Position numbers and translations under genes: made by a program. DNA of 64,000 bases from an uncultured delta proteobacterium (GTDB lineage: Bacteria > Myxococcota_A > Polyangia > Polyangiales > B10-G4): assembly GCA_963727445.1 (NCBI GenBank), contig CAVSGI010000009.1:448001-512000 (forward strand). Direction: 5' to 3'. Below the pieces are notes generated by a model that was not told the DNA's origin, searched no databases, and saw only the letters and a program-made list of their open reading frames with translations. Positions 18,661 through 29,032 of this stretch are shown here, in pieces (within the stretch, counting starts at the first letter, position 1; each line of letters opens with the position of its first letter).

Positions 18661-19566
18661 ATGAGCCGCATGCAACGACGGGCGCTCGTGATCATCGGCG
18701 CCTGCCTCGCCGTCGGGACCGTCCTCGGGCTGGTGGTGCTCGGGAGCGGGATGTTCGAGCGGTCCGACTCGAGCGACTACACGGGACAGGACGCTCCGTG
18801 GCTCCAGGAGCCCGACAGCGGTGCCATCGTGACACCACCAGCCGTCGACGACCCGCTCTTCGCCCAGGCACTCGAGCTCGCGTCCCAGGCCTGCGACGCA
18901 CCGTGGGAGGAGAAGGACGGGGGCTTCGAATGCGCCGTCGACCTCCACTCGCGGAGCGGCCGACCCCTCGGCGGGACCCTCTTTGTCGCCTCCACCGACG
19001 ATGGACCCGGGCAGCGCTGGAGATTGCACGGCGACGCGAACGGCGCGGCCGTGTTTCTCACCCCGATGATGACCTCATGGCTTCCAGAGCCGAGCGCGTG
19101 GCTCCCCGCACTGGTCCGCGGCCCGGAGCCCTTCGTTCGGCACTTCGTCTCCGCCGCCGGCGTCCCATGGCGGGTGATGGGGCGACCGGGAGAGGAGGGG
19201 ATGGTCGACCTCGAAGTGACGATGAACTTCGACGCCGGTTCGGACTACCTGTTCGAGGTGACCAAGGGCGCCGGCGACGTGAGCCCCATCGGCGGCATGC
19301 TCGTCTGCGTCACGCTGGAGGGCGACACGGAGCGCGCGATCGGAGCCTGCGACGAGCCGGAGCTCACGCTCGAATCCAGCGAGGAGCGATGCGTCCTGGG
19401 CGTGCCGGTCCTCCGAGTGAACGCGTCCCAGGACGTCGTCGAGACGCCCGTGCTGTGCGGAGACGCGTCCGAGCCCACCTCGTGGCGCTGCGACCGACTC
19501 GACGCCGAAGCGCAGACCATCGAGATCGGCGGCTGGCAATTCGAGTGCCGCCCCGACGCGACATGA
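18661..19566 (+). CDS. Hypothetical exported/membrane-anchored Cys-containing protein
   Basis: 301-aa ORF with N-terminal TM helix and 8 Cys. TAGCCT-N6-ATG. Confidence 0.6.
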   Translation: MSRMQRRALVIIGACLAVGTVLGLVVLGSGMFERSDSSDYTGQDAPWLQEPDSGAIVTPPAVDDPLFAQALELASQACDAPWEEKDGGFECAVDLHSRSGRPLGGTLFVASTDDGPGQRWRLHGDANGAAVFLTPMMTSWLPEPSAWLPALVRGPEPFVRHFVSAAGVPWRVMGRPGEEGMVDLEVTMNFDAGSDYLFEVTKGAGDVSPIGGMLVCVTLEGDTERAIGACDEPELTLESSEERCVLGVPVLRVNASQDVVETPVLCGDASEPTSWRCDRLDAEAQTIEIGGWQFECRPDAT

Positions 19567-19591
19567 CCATCGGACCCGCGCGACCGCGTGG

Positions 19592-21091
19592 TCAGGGGCA
19601 GCTGTCGCCTTCGGTCTCGCAGCCGTCGGCGTTCATCGAGTTGCAGTTGCTGCGCCCGGGGCTGCACTCGCAGCGGTAGGCACCTGGCTGGAACTGAAGA
19701 CACCGCTGTCGGGCGGCGTCGCCGCCGCGGTAGCAGACGTTCCCGCAGGCGCCGCAGTTCTGATCGTCGTTCATGGTGACGCACACGCCGCCGCAGCACA
19801 TCTCGTTGGCCAGACAGGGGCTGCCCGTGCCGCAGGCGCACTCCGCGATCACACCGTCGCCGTCGAGGTCGGCGCAGGTGTCGGCGTGGGGACGCAGCGC
19901 GACCGCGTCCGCGTTGCAGTTGTGTCCGCAGCCGCCGCAGTTGCGCGCGCTGGTCAGGTCCTCGCAGCCGGAGGCGCAGCAGCGCTGCTCCTCTGCGCAC
20001 GAAACGTCCGCGCCTGCGCTGCTGCACCGGCAGCTCCCGTCGACGCAGCTGTCGCTGCCCAGCGGGTCGCAGTGGATCCGGCAGCCGCCACAGTTGCGGA
20101 AGTCGAGGGTGGGGTCGGTCATGGAGGCGGCGCCTCCGCCCAGGTCGACGACACACCACTGCATGTCGGCTCCCGGCGGGCACGCCACGCATCCGACAGT
20201 CCCGTCCGGGTGCATCTCGTCGGGGATCTCGAAGACCTCGTTGATCACCCCGTCGCAGTCGTTGTCGACCTCGTCACAGGTTTCGGTCTGTCCGGGATGC
20301 ACCGCCGCGTCCGAGTCGCAGACCGCAGGCTCCACCCAGCCGTCGCCGTCGGCGTCCATGTCGCATCCCTCGTCCGCCGTGCCGTCGCAGTCGTCATCCC
20401 GAGAGTTGCACTGCTCGAAGGCGCCGGCGTGCACCGCGGGCTCGGCGTCGTTGCAGTCGCGCGCCCCCGCGATGAAGCCATCCGAGTCCATGTCGGCGGG
20501 ATCGCAGTCGAGGTCGGAGCCGTCACAGTCCTGATCGACCCCGTCGCCGCAGACCTCGGCCACACCCGGTCGGATGCCGGGATCGCAGTCGTTGCAGTCG
20601 CAACCCGAGACGGGCGAGACCGTGCAGGCGACGGTGCCGTCGCGATCCTGATCGTCGGGCATGCAGGTCGGGTCTTCGTCGATGAGCCCGTTGCAGTTCT
20701 CGTCCACCGCGTCCTCGCCGGGAGCGGTGCAGGCCTCCGCGGCGGCAGGGCTGATCTCCGGATCCTCGTCGTCGCAGTCGACGTCGTCGCAATAGCCGTC
20801 CTCGTCGTTGTCACAACAGAGATCGACGCCGTCGCAGTCTTCGTCCACCCCGTTGCCGCACTGCGCCGGGGTCTCGGTCGCCGAGGGGCTGATGGTGCGG
20901 TCCGCGTCGTTGCAGTCACAGGCGCCGGGCAGGACCGGCTCGGAACAGGCCCGCCAGCCGTCCCCGTCCACGTCGTCGACGTTGGTCGGCGTGTCGTCGG
21001 AGCCGCAGGCCGCGACGGTCGCGATGAGAATGACAAACCAGTGCCTCACGCCCAGGAGCATGCACAAAGCCAGCGCGCGCCGCCACCCCAT
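19592..21091 (-). CDS. Cys-rich lipoprotein with MopE-like 'putative metal-binding' repeats and Stig1-like repeats
   Basis: Lipobox VAAC. Repeated DCxDxxxxIxPxAxExCxxxDxDCDG units, then NCGGCxxxC units. Confidence 0.8.
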   Translation of the reverse strand: MGWRRALALCMLLGVRHWFVILIATVAACGSDDTPTNVDDVDGDGWRACSEPVLPGACDCNDADRTISPSATETPAQCGNGVDEDCDGVDLCCDNDEDGYCDDVDCDDEDPEISPAAAEACTAPGEDAVDENCNGLIDEDPTCMPDDQDRDGTVACTVSPVSGCDCNDCDPGIRPGVAEVCGDGVDQDCDGSDLDCDPADMDSDGFIAGARDCNDAEPAVHAGAFEQCNSRDDDCDGTADEGCDMDADGDGWVEPAVCDSDAAVHPGQTETCDEVDNDCDGVINEVFEIPDEMHPDGTVGCVACPPGADMQWCVVDLGGGAASMTDPTLDFRNCGGCRIHCDPLGSDSCVDGSCRCSSAGADVSCAEEQRCCASGCEDLTSARNCGGCGHNCNADAVALRPHADTCADLDGDGVIAECACGTGSPCLANEMCCGGVCVTMNDDQNCGACGNVCYRGGDAARQRCLQFQPGAYRCECSPGRSNCNSMNADGCETEGDSCP

Positions 21092-21107
21092 GGGGTCGCG
21101 GCTACCC

Positions 21108-24056
21108 TCAGGCGAGGAGCTCGAGGAGATCTTCGCGGGTGAGCCCTGCGGGGCCGGTCGCGCCCTCGCCGCCGTCGAGAATGGACTCCGACAGGGCGCG
21201 CTTGCGCTCCTGGAGCTCCAGGAGCCGCTCCTCCACGGTGTCCTCCGCCACCAAACGGTGGACCAGGACCGGGTGCTCCTGGCCGATGCGATGAATGCGA
21301 TCGGCCGCCTGGTCCTCCACCGCCGGGTTCCACCAGGGGTCGACGAGGAAGACGTGGTCAGCGCGGGTGAGGGTGAGCCCCGTCCCGCCAGCCTTGAGCG
21401 AGATCAGCATCACCGGCGGTCCGTCCTCCGATTGGAAGGTATCCACCACCTCACCACGATTTCGCGTCTTTCCATCCAGACGGACGAAGTCGACCTCGGC
21501 GGCGCGCAGGTGCGGCTCGATCAGATCGAGGAGCGAGGTCCACTGCGAGAAGATCAGCGCGCGGTGACCCTCGTCGAGGATCTCCACCAGCGTTTCCATG
21601 AGCAGTCGGACCTTCGACGACGACTTCGCCGAGCGCCCCGGGATGAGCGCGGCGTGACACGACGCCTGGCGCAAGCGGAGCAGTGCCTCGAGCGCGTGCA
21701 GCACACCGCGCCCCGCGGCGAGCTCGCGGACCACCTCTTCCCGTGTCGCGGCGCGGACCGCGTCGTAGATGGCGCGCTCCTCGTCGTCGAGCGTGCAGCG
21801 CAGCACCACGTCGGTGCGCGGCGGTAGCTCGCTCTCCACGTCGCGCTTGAGCCGGCGCGTGATGAAGGGACGTACGCGCGCGCGCAGGCGCGCCGCCGCC
21901 TCGGCGTCGCCTTCGGTGATGCGCCGCGCGTAGCGGTCGCGAAAGTCGTCGAGGCCGCCGAGGAGACCCGGGTTGGTGAAGCGCATGAGGCTCCACAGAT
22001 CTTCGAGGCGATTTTCGATGGGCGTTCCGGTGAGCGCGACGCGGAAGCGGGCGTCGAGCTGATAGGTCGCCTGCGCCACCAGGCTCGTGGGGTTCTTGAT
22101 CTGTTGCGCCTCGTCGATGATGACGGTGTCCCAGCGCTTCGCCTTGAGGAGCTCGATGTCGCGGCGGAGGATGGCGTGGGTGGTGAGGGTGACGTCCGCC
22201 CCGGTGTCGAGGCGTCGATCCGGGCTGTGGTAGCGCTCCACGGTGAGGCCCGGCCGAAAGCGCCGCACCTCGTTCTCCCAGGAATGGAGCACGCTCGCTG
22301 GGCACGCCACCAGCGCCGGTGAGCCGAGTGCGCAGAGCGCCTGCACGGTCTTGCCGAGCCCCATGTCGTCGGCGAGGAGCCCGCCGAGGCCCGCTTCGGA
22401 GAGGAACGAGAGCCAATCGACCCCGCTCTGCTGATACGAACGGAGCTCGCCCCGGAAGTCCTCGGGCAGCTTCGCGTGTGGGAGCTCCGCGAATCCGTCG
22501 GCGAGCTCACGGAGGCGCGTGAAGTCGGGGGGCGTCGGGCGTCCGAGGAGCTGGGCCAGGCGCGCCACGTCGGCGCCCGCGCTCTTGGGGAGCACCTTTC
22601 GACCCTCGCTCGCGAGGAGCAGATCTTCGACGAGGTGACCGTGCTGGTGAAGGAAGCCCTCCGGCAGGGGCGCCCAGCCGCCCGCGTCGAGGGCGACGAG
22701 CGGCCGGTCGTTTCGGAGCGCATTGAGCACCGCCTCGACCGTCGCGACGCGCGTCTCGCCCTCCCACTCGCTCTCGAAGACCAGCTCGGCTTCGTCTTCG
22801 GCGAGGTGGAGGTCGAGGGTCAGGGGCGAACCGATGAAGCACGCGTCGAGCGCGTCGCCGTCGACGGTGCCACCGAAGGCGCGCACCGCCTCGGCCATCG
22901 CGATCGCTTTTTCGCCGCGCGCGCGCTTGGGAATGCCCCGTCGCATCTCGAGCTCGCGGCGCAGGCGCTCACCGAGCGCGCGCTCTGCCTCGCGATCGCG
23001 CGCCGGCACCGGCCCGCCGAGGTGCACCAGCTTGTCGCCTTCCACCCGCGCGTTGGGCACGGCCCCGTAGACAAGCTCCGGGCGCACCACCACGTCGGCT
23101 CCGTCGCGAAAAGTCTCGAAGAGCACGCGCGGCTTCATCGGCTCGAGGGACGGGAGCTTCTTCGTCCGCACGTCGACCTTCACCCGCTCGCGGAGCTCCG
23201 GGAGCACCTCGCTCACCAGCGTGTGCACTTCCTCGGGCGTGTAGACGCGGCCGACTTCGAGCGCCTGCCGGTCGTTGTCGGAGAGATCGACCTCGCGCAC
23301 CGCGAAGAGCGCGTCCCCACAGAGCGCGGCGCCGTTGTCGAAGAGCTCGTCGATCTCCGGTGCAGGGACCTCGGTCAGGGAGAAGCCGCCCCCCTTGGCC
23401 GCGACCAGCTGCACCCGGATCGCTTCGCGCGGCGGAACGATCTTCACCTTCTCGCCGTCGAGCCGGAGATCGTCCACCTCGGCGAGGGCCTCGAGGAGCG
23501 GCTCCATGGTCGGCCGGAGGATCGGCCCCACCCGGCGTTCGCGGAGCAGCGCGCTGATCTGCTCGTCGATCTCGTTCACGCGAAGGACGTCGGGCTCGAG
23601 GCGGGCGGCGAGGGCGTGGACGCTCGTCGTAACCGGTTCCCGAACGTCGCCCCGGACGGCGACGACCGCGAGTGAGAGGCTGCGGCCTTCGCGCTCGAGC
23701 GCGTAGCTGAGGTGATAGGGCTCGCGCCGCACGCCCTGGCGCGCCTCGTCGTCGAGCTTGAGGAGCATCATCACGCCGGCTACGTGCGGGCAGACCGGCG
23801 CCTCGCTGGGGCAGGCGCAGTGCCAGGTCCGCCGAGCGGGCGACAGAACGACCTCGGGCGTGAGCGCTCCCCCGCGGGTCACGATCTGGGCTTTCACCTC
23901 GCCGTCGGGCGCCGTCCCGAAGAGGGAGAGCCGTCCACCCCGGCTGAGGTTCGCCCCCCGCTGCCAATCGACTTCGGAGCAGGCCTGTCGAACGGCGTCG
24001 TAGAGATCGACGGCCGCCTCGAGCGCGCTTGGGGTGGGCCGATTGGTCTCGAGCAC
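21108..24056 (-). CDS. SWIM-domain SNF2-family helicase/ATPase
   Basis: CACP..CPH SWIM finger. LRSYQ, LADDMGLGKT, DEAQ, LTGTPIEN, IFSQW, GGTGLTL, DPWWNP, DRIHRIGQ motifs. Confidence 0.92.
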   Translation of the reverse strand: MLETNRPTPSALEAAVDLYDAVRQACSEVDWQRGANLSRGGRLSLFGTAPDGEVKAQIVTRGGALTPEVVLSPARRTWHCACPSEAPVCPHVAGVMMLLKLDDEARQGVRREPYHLSYALEREGRSLSLAVVAVRGDVREPVTTSVHALAARLEPDVLRVNEIDEQISALLRERRVGPILRPTMEPLLEALAEVDDLRLDGEKVKIVPPREAIRVQLVAAKGGGFSLTEVPAPEIDELFDNGAALCGDALFAVREVDLSDNDRQALEVGRVYTPEEVHTLVSEVLPELRERVKVDVRTKKLPSLEPMKPRVLFETFRDGADVVVRPELVYGAVPNARVEGDKLVHLGGPVPARDREAERALGERLRRELEMRRGIPKRARGEKAIAMAEAVRAFGGTVDGDALDACFIGSPLTLDLHLAEDEAELVFESEWEGETRVATVEAVLNALRNDRPLVALDAGGWAPLPEGFLHQHGHLVEDLLLASEGRKVLPKSAGADVARLAQLLGRPTPPDFTRLRELADGFAELPHAKLPEDFRGELRSYQQSGVDWLSFLSEAGLGGLLADDMGLGKTVQALCALGSPALVACPASVLHSWENEVRRFRPGLTVERYHSPDRRLDTGADVTLTTHAILRRDIELLKAKRWDTVIIDEAQQIKNPTSLVAQATYQLDARFRVALTGTPIENRLEDLWSLMRFTNPGLLGGLDDFRDRYARRITEGDAEAAARLRARVRPFITRRLKRDVESELPPRTDVVLRCTLDDEERAIYDAVRAATREEVVRELAAGRGVLHALEALLRLRQASCHAALIPGRSAKSSSKVRLLMETLVEILDEGHRALIFSQWTSLLDLIEPHLRAAEVDFVRLDGKTRNRGEVVDTFQSEDGPPVMLISLKAGGTGLTLTRADHVFLVDPWWNPAVEDQAADRIHRIGQEHPVLVHRLVAEDTVEERLLELQERKRALSESILDGGEGATGPAGLTREDLLELLA

Positions 24057-24095
24057 GGGGGGGTGATCATGACCCGTCTGTAGAGATGCGCCAGC

Positions 24096-24151
24096 GCCGC
24101 GTGAATTGTGGCGCTCAGGGCGGCGGCGCCCGCCTCACTCGCGCCGCCGTA
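24096..24151. terminator. Two adjacent GC-rich hairpins downstream of dinB (possible terminator)
   Basis: AGCGCCGC-N7-GTGGCGCT and CGGCGGCGC-N11-GCGCCGCCG. No clear U-tract. Confidence 0.3.
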
Positions 24152-24172
24152 TTCGGTTGTCGAGTCCGCTCA

Positions 24173-25402
24173 TCATCGCCCGGGCCCGCGCTTTCCGAGC
24201 GCGGCCGCGCTTCCCACGGCTTCGAAGCCAAAGCGTTCGCGGATCTCGTCGACGGCGCGATGCAGCTCCTCGCGTCCCCGGAAGAGCTCGAGCTGGTCGT
24301 CGTAGAAGCCGAGGTTGCTGAGCTTGATCCCCAGAAGGCGGACGCGCTCGTCGCGGGTGCGCGCCTTCTTGAAGAGCTCGAGGACCACGGCATGGACCTC
24401 GTGCTCCGCGCAGGTGGGCCACATCGTCCGGCTGCGGGAGATCGTGCGAAAGTCGGCGTAGCGGAGCTTGAGGGTGACGGTGCGCGCCTTGACGCCCCGC
24501 TTGCGCGCCCGCCAGCACACGCGTTCGGTCAGCGAGATCAGGCGGCCCTCGAGCACGTGGGGATCGCGCACGTCCTCCATGAAGGTGCGCTCGTTCGAGA
24601 TGCTGCCGATGGACTCGCCCTCGGGGTCGTGCTCGCGGAAGTGGGGGCGCTCGCGGCCGAGCTCGGCGTCGCCGGTGCCGAGCGCGTGGCCCCGGATGGT
24701 GGGCGCCCAGGCGCCGAAGATGCGGCTGAGGCGTTCGAGCGGTGAAGCGGCGACGTCGCCGAGGGTGAGGAGGCCGGCGAGGTGGAGCTTCTCTTCGGCG
24801 ACGGGTCCGATGCCGGGGAGCTTGCGCACGGGCAACGGCGCGAGGAACGCGGCCTCGCTTCCGCCGGGGACGAGGAGAACGCCCGCGGGCTTCGCCAGCC
24901 CGGAGGCCACCTTCGCCACCGCCTTGCACGACGCGATGCCGCAGCTCGCCGGCAGCCTCAGCTCGTCGCGGATGCGCCCTGTGATCTCCCGAACCACGCG
25001 TTCGATCGTCGCGTCGCCGCTCGCGTCGCCGGGCTTCGCGTACATCCGATCGCAGCCGCGGAAGTCGAGATACATCTCGTCGATGCTCGCGATCCGGCTC
25101 TCGGGCGTGTAGCTCGATGCGATCTCGCGCACCTTCGTCGCGTACTCGGAGTAGACGCCGTGGGTGCCCGACAGGAAGATGGCGTCGGGGGGCGCGAGCT
25201 CGTCCGCCTTGGCGAGCGACATACCGGAGCGCACGCCGAAGCGGCGCATCTCGTAGCTCGACGCGGTGACCACGCCGCGCGAGCCGCGCTTTCCGCCCAC
25301 CACCACCGGCTTTCCTTCGAGCGACGGATCGAGGACGCGCTCCACCGACACGAAGAAGGTGTCGAGGTCGAGGCAGCAGATGCGTGCGGGCGGCGGCGGC
25401 AC
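24173..25402 (-). CDS. dinB: Y-family DNA polymerase IV
   Basis: CLDLDTFFVSVE, VVTASSYE, SIDE, KVASGLAKPAG, LPGIGP, TVTLKLRYADF, and beta-clamp motif QLELF. Confidence 0.93.
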   Translation of the reverse strand: MPPPPARICCLDLDTFFVSVERVLDPSLEGKPVVVGGKRGSRGVVTASSYEMRRFGVRSGMSLAKADELAPPDAIFLSGTHGVYSEYATKVREIASSYTPESRIASIDEMYLDFRGCDRMYAKPGDASGDATIERVVREITGRIRDELRLPASCGIASCKAVAKVASGLAKPAGVLLVPGGSEAAFLAPLPVRKLPGIGPVAEEKLHLAGLLTLGDVAASPLERLSRIFGAWAPTIRGHALGTGDAELGRERPHFREHDPEGESIGSISNERTFMEDVRDPHVLEGRLISLTERVCWRARKRGVKARTVTLKLRYADFRTISRSRTMWPTCAEHEVHAVVLELFKKARTRDERVRLLGIKLSNLGFYDDQLELFRGREELHRAVDEIRERFGFEAVGSAAALGKRGPGR

Positions 25403-25408
25403 CCGCTC

Positions 25409-25430
25409 AGTATACTGAACTGATAGTCAG
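25409..25430 (-). promoter_or_regulatory. dinB promoter: -10 TATACT with abutting candidate LexA/SOS box
   Basis: Minus strand reads CTGACTATCAGTTCAG-TATACT-N6-GTG. CTG-N10-CAG containing the GTTCAG half-site of the Myxococcus LexA consensus. Confidence 0.6.
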
Positions 25431-25520
25431 TCTTCGCTGCGCTCGAAGACGACCAGGAACCAGGCACTGGTGTACCGCCATGTCGTCGTGAGAGGGGCGA
25501 AGCCTTCGGAAGAAATTCGC

Positions 25521-26255
25521 TCAGCTCTTGGAGACGGCCGGGGCGAGGAGCTTCAGGGCGGCTTCGACGCCGTGGCGGTGGTGCTCGTCGCTGATCTTGC
25601 GAGCGCGGACGCGGACGCCGGTGGGCGTGGGCTCGCGCTGGAACTTCTCCATCGTCGCCTTCATCTGCTTGCGCGCTTCGTGGACGCGCCAGGCGATGGT
25701 GCCCTCGGTGGACTCGAGGACCACGGCGGCCTCCTTGTAGCTCAGGCCCTGGAGCACGGTCAGCACGACGGTGGTGCGAAGCACGGGGGAGAGTTTGTCG
25801 AAAGCCGCGAGGAGGTGGCCATAGGTCTCGTGCAGCTCGATGGCCATGCGCGGATCGCCGTGGGCGTCGACTTTCACGGCGATTTCGATGCGCGGATCTT
25901 CGATGTCCACCGTCTTGCGGCGGCCTCGGTCGCGCTTGACGTTCAGCGCCCGGTGCAGGGCGATGCGGTAGAGCCAGGTGAAGAACTGGCTGCGGCCCTC
26001 GAAGCCCTGGATCTTGGTGTAGGCCCGCAGGAAGGCGTCCTGGGTGATGTCCTCGGCGTCGGACTTCCGGCCGGTCAGGTGCAGGGCCAGGGCGAAGATG
26101 CGGGGGCGGTAGCGCCGGACCAGCTCCTCGAAGGCGCCATCGTCCCCGGCTTTCACCCGTTCCACGAGCTGGCTCGCTTCGAGCCCGCGCTTCTCGGCGT
26201 CAGTGAGCTGATTACTGCCTGATTCCGTCACGCCTGCCCTTGGACCCTCCACCAT
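25521..26255 (-). CDS. ECF-type RNA polymerase sigma-70 factor with C-terminal extension
   Basis: GDDGAFEELVRRY, DAEDITQDAF, FFTWLYRIA, GLSYKEAA..GTIAWRVHEAR. Start uncertain (26255 or 26294). Confidence 0.88.
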   Translation of the reverse strand: MVEGPRAGVTESGSNQLTDAEKRGLEASQLVERVKAGDDGAFEELVRRYRPRIFALALHLTGRKSDAEDITQDAFLRAYTKIQGFEGRSQFFTWLYRIALHRALNVKRDRGRRKTVDIEDPRIEIAVKVDAHGDPRMAIELHETYGHLLAAFDKLSPVLRTTVVLTVLQGLSYKEAAVVLESTEGTIAWRVHEARKQMKATMEKFQREPTPTGVRVRARKISDEHHRHGVEAALKLLAPAVSKS

Positions 26256-26486
26256 AGCCTCAATTGGGTCCCGGCTCAGCCCGACCCCCAACACGAGGGG
26301 AAGACGTTCGAAAGCGCCAAAGGTTCTGCGGCTTGGCGGGAGGGGGAATTTTCCAGGTTCTTCGCTGGATTGTGGGCCGATTCCCTTTCATCCCGGGTTG
26401 CCTTGATCGCTCCCCCCCAATCTGTTAACCAATAGGGCTCGAACCCGCGGCCCTGTAGTATTATTGTCGTGATTTCGGGTGGTTAG

Positions 26487-27584
<1,098 letters not shown>

Positions 27585-27611
27585 GCGGCGGTCCGGCCGC
27601 CGTAACCAGCC

Positions 27612-28505
27612 GTGAACTCGTTCTTCCGCCGATTCAGAGACGCCGCCCTGGTCGCGGCGCTCCTCGCGATTCCCTTCTTCTTTCTGAAGGCGAACCTCAC
27701 GGATCCGGCGCGGACGACCTGGCTCGATCGGATGGTGCTCAAGGTGAGCGTGCCCATCCAGTACGTCGCCGCTCAGGCCGCGGCCGGCGTCTCGGCGGTG
27801 GTCGAGGAGTACGTGATGCTCGTCGACGCCCGGCGCGAGGCCGAGGAGCTCGAGGCCGACAACGCGCGTCTCCGCCAGCGCGTGCGCGACCTCGGCCAGG
27901 AGGCGCGCGAGAACGAGCGGATGCGCGGCCTGCTGTCGCTCCGCGAGGAGCTCCCGGGCGAGACGCTCACCGCCGAGGTGATCGGCAAGGAGGTCTCGCC
28001 CTACTTCCGCGTGGTGCGCGTGCGCATCGACCGCGGTGAGCGCGACCTGCTGCGCACGGGCATGCCGGTGATCTCCTCCGAAGGGCTGGTCGGCCAGATC
28101 CGCCGCACCTTCGGTCGCTACAGCGACGTCTTGCTCACGGTGGACCGCACCAGCGCCATCGACGTGGTCATCGACCGCACCGGCGCGCGCGGCATGCTTC
28201 GCGGCACGGGCGAGAGCGACCGCTACATGTGTCGCATCCAGTACCTCGCCCGCACCGACGAGGTCGAGGTTGGCGACGAGATCTACACCTCGGGTCTCGG
28301 CCAACGCTTCCCGTCGAACATCCTCATCGGCTCGGTCACCAAGGTCACCCGCCAGGACTTCGGCCTCTATCAAGAGGTCGAGGTGCAGCCCGCTGTGAAC
28401 TTCTCTGCCCTCGAAGAGGTGCTGGTCCTCACCGCGGGCTCGCGCGAGCAGGCGGTGGTCGAAGGGCTGCGCGACGAGTCGCTCTTCGGCGAGGATCACC
28501 CATGA
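27612..28505 (+). CDS. mreC: Rod shape-determining protein MreC
   Basis: N-terminal TM, coiled coil, GMPVI..GLVG, GDEIYTSGLG..FP, EEVLVL. Follows mreB. Confidence 0.92.
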   Translation: MNSFFRRFRDAALVAALLAIPFFFLKANLTDPARTTWLDRMVLKVSVPIQYVAAQAAAGVSAVVEEYVMLVDARREAEELEADNARLRQRVRDLGQEARENERMRGLLSLREELPGETLTAEVIGKEVSPYFRVVRVRIDRGERDLLRTGMPVISSEGLVGQIRRTFGRYSDVLLTVDRTSAIDVVIDRTGARGMLRGTGESDRYMCRIQYLARTDEVEVGDEIYTSGLGQRFPSNILIGSVTKVTRQDFGLYQEVEVQPAVNFSALEEVLVLTAGSREQAVVEGLRDESLFGEDHP

Positions 28506-29032
28506 GAAACGTCGCGCTCATCGCCCTCGGCTTCGGCCTGCTGGTGATTCAGGCGGCGCTGGCCACCTTCATCCCCTTCCACGCCCTCGCCCCGAACCTG
28601 CTCCTGCCGGTCGTGATCTTCCTCGGCGTGACCCACGAGGTGCACATCGTCCGCGGTGCCGCGCTCTCTTTCGTCTTCGGCTATCTCTTCGACAGCTTCA
28701 CCGGCAGCCCGATGGGTCTGATGACCTTCGTCCTGGTCGCGACCTTCATCGTCAGCCGTTTCGCTGGCCTGCGGCTCTTCCTCCGTGGGCCGGTCTTCCA
28801 GGTGCTGCTCACCTTCTTCGTGGGCATCCTCGCTGGCGGGACCATCCTGGCGCTCCGCGCCATCTTCGAAAAGCCCGCGCCATTCCCCGTCGGCACGGTG
28901 GGCGAGCACGCGATGACGCTGGTGGTCCCCGCCGCGACCACCGCCATCATCTCGCCGCTCATCTTCGCCGCCGTCCGGCGCATCGAGTCCCTCGCGACCC
29001 GGCGTCGCGAGGACAAGCCCGCCACCGCATGA
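28502..29032 (+). CDS. mreD: Rod shape-determining protein MreD
   Basis: Hydrophobic 176-aa ORF (PNLLL...GYLFD...G) coupled by ATGA overlaps between mreC and mrdA. Confidence 0.85.
   Translation: MRNVALIALGFGLLVIQAALATFIPFHALAPNLLLPVVIFLGVTHEVHIVRGAALSFVFGYLFDSFTGSPMGLMTFVLVATFIVSRFAGLRLFLRGPVFQVLLTFFVGILAGGTILALRAIFEKPAPFPVGTVGEHAMTLVVPAATTAIISPLIFAAVRRIESLATRRREDKPATA

Noticed and set aside
21108..24056. SNF2 ATPase as part of an anti-phage system (DISARM/Zorya/BREX-like)
   Set aside because: The SWIM-SNF2 architecture is a common housekeeping type, and there are no methylase, nuclease or other defence genes nearby.
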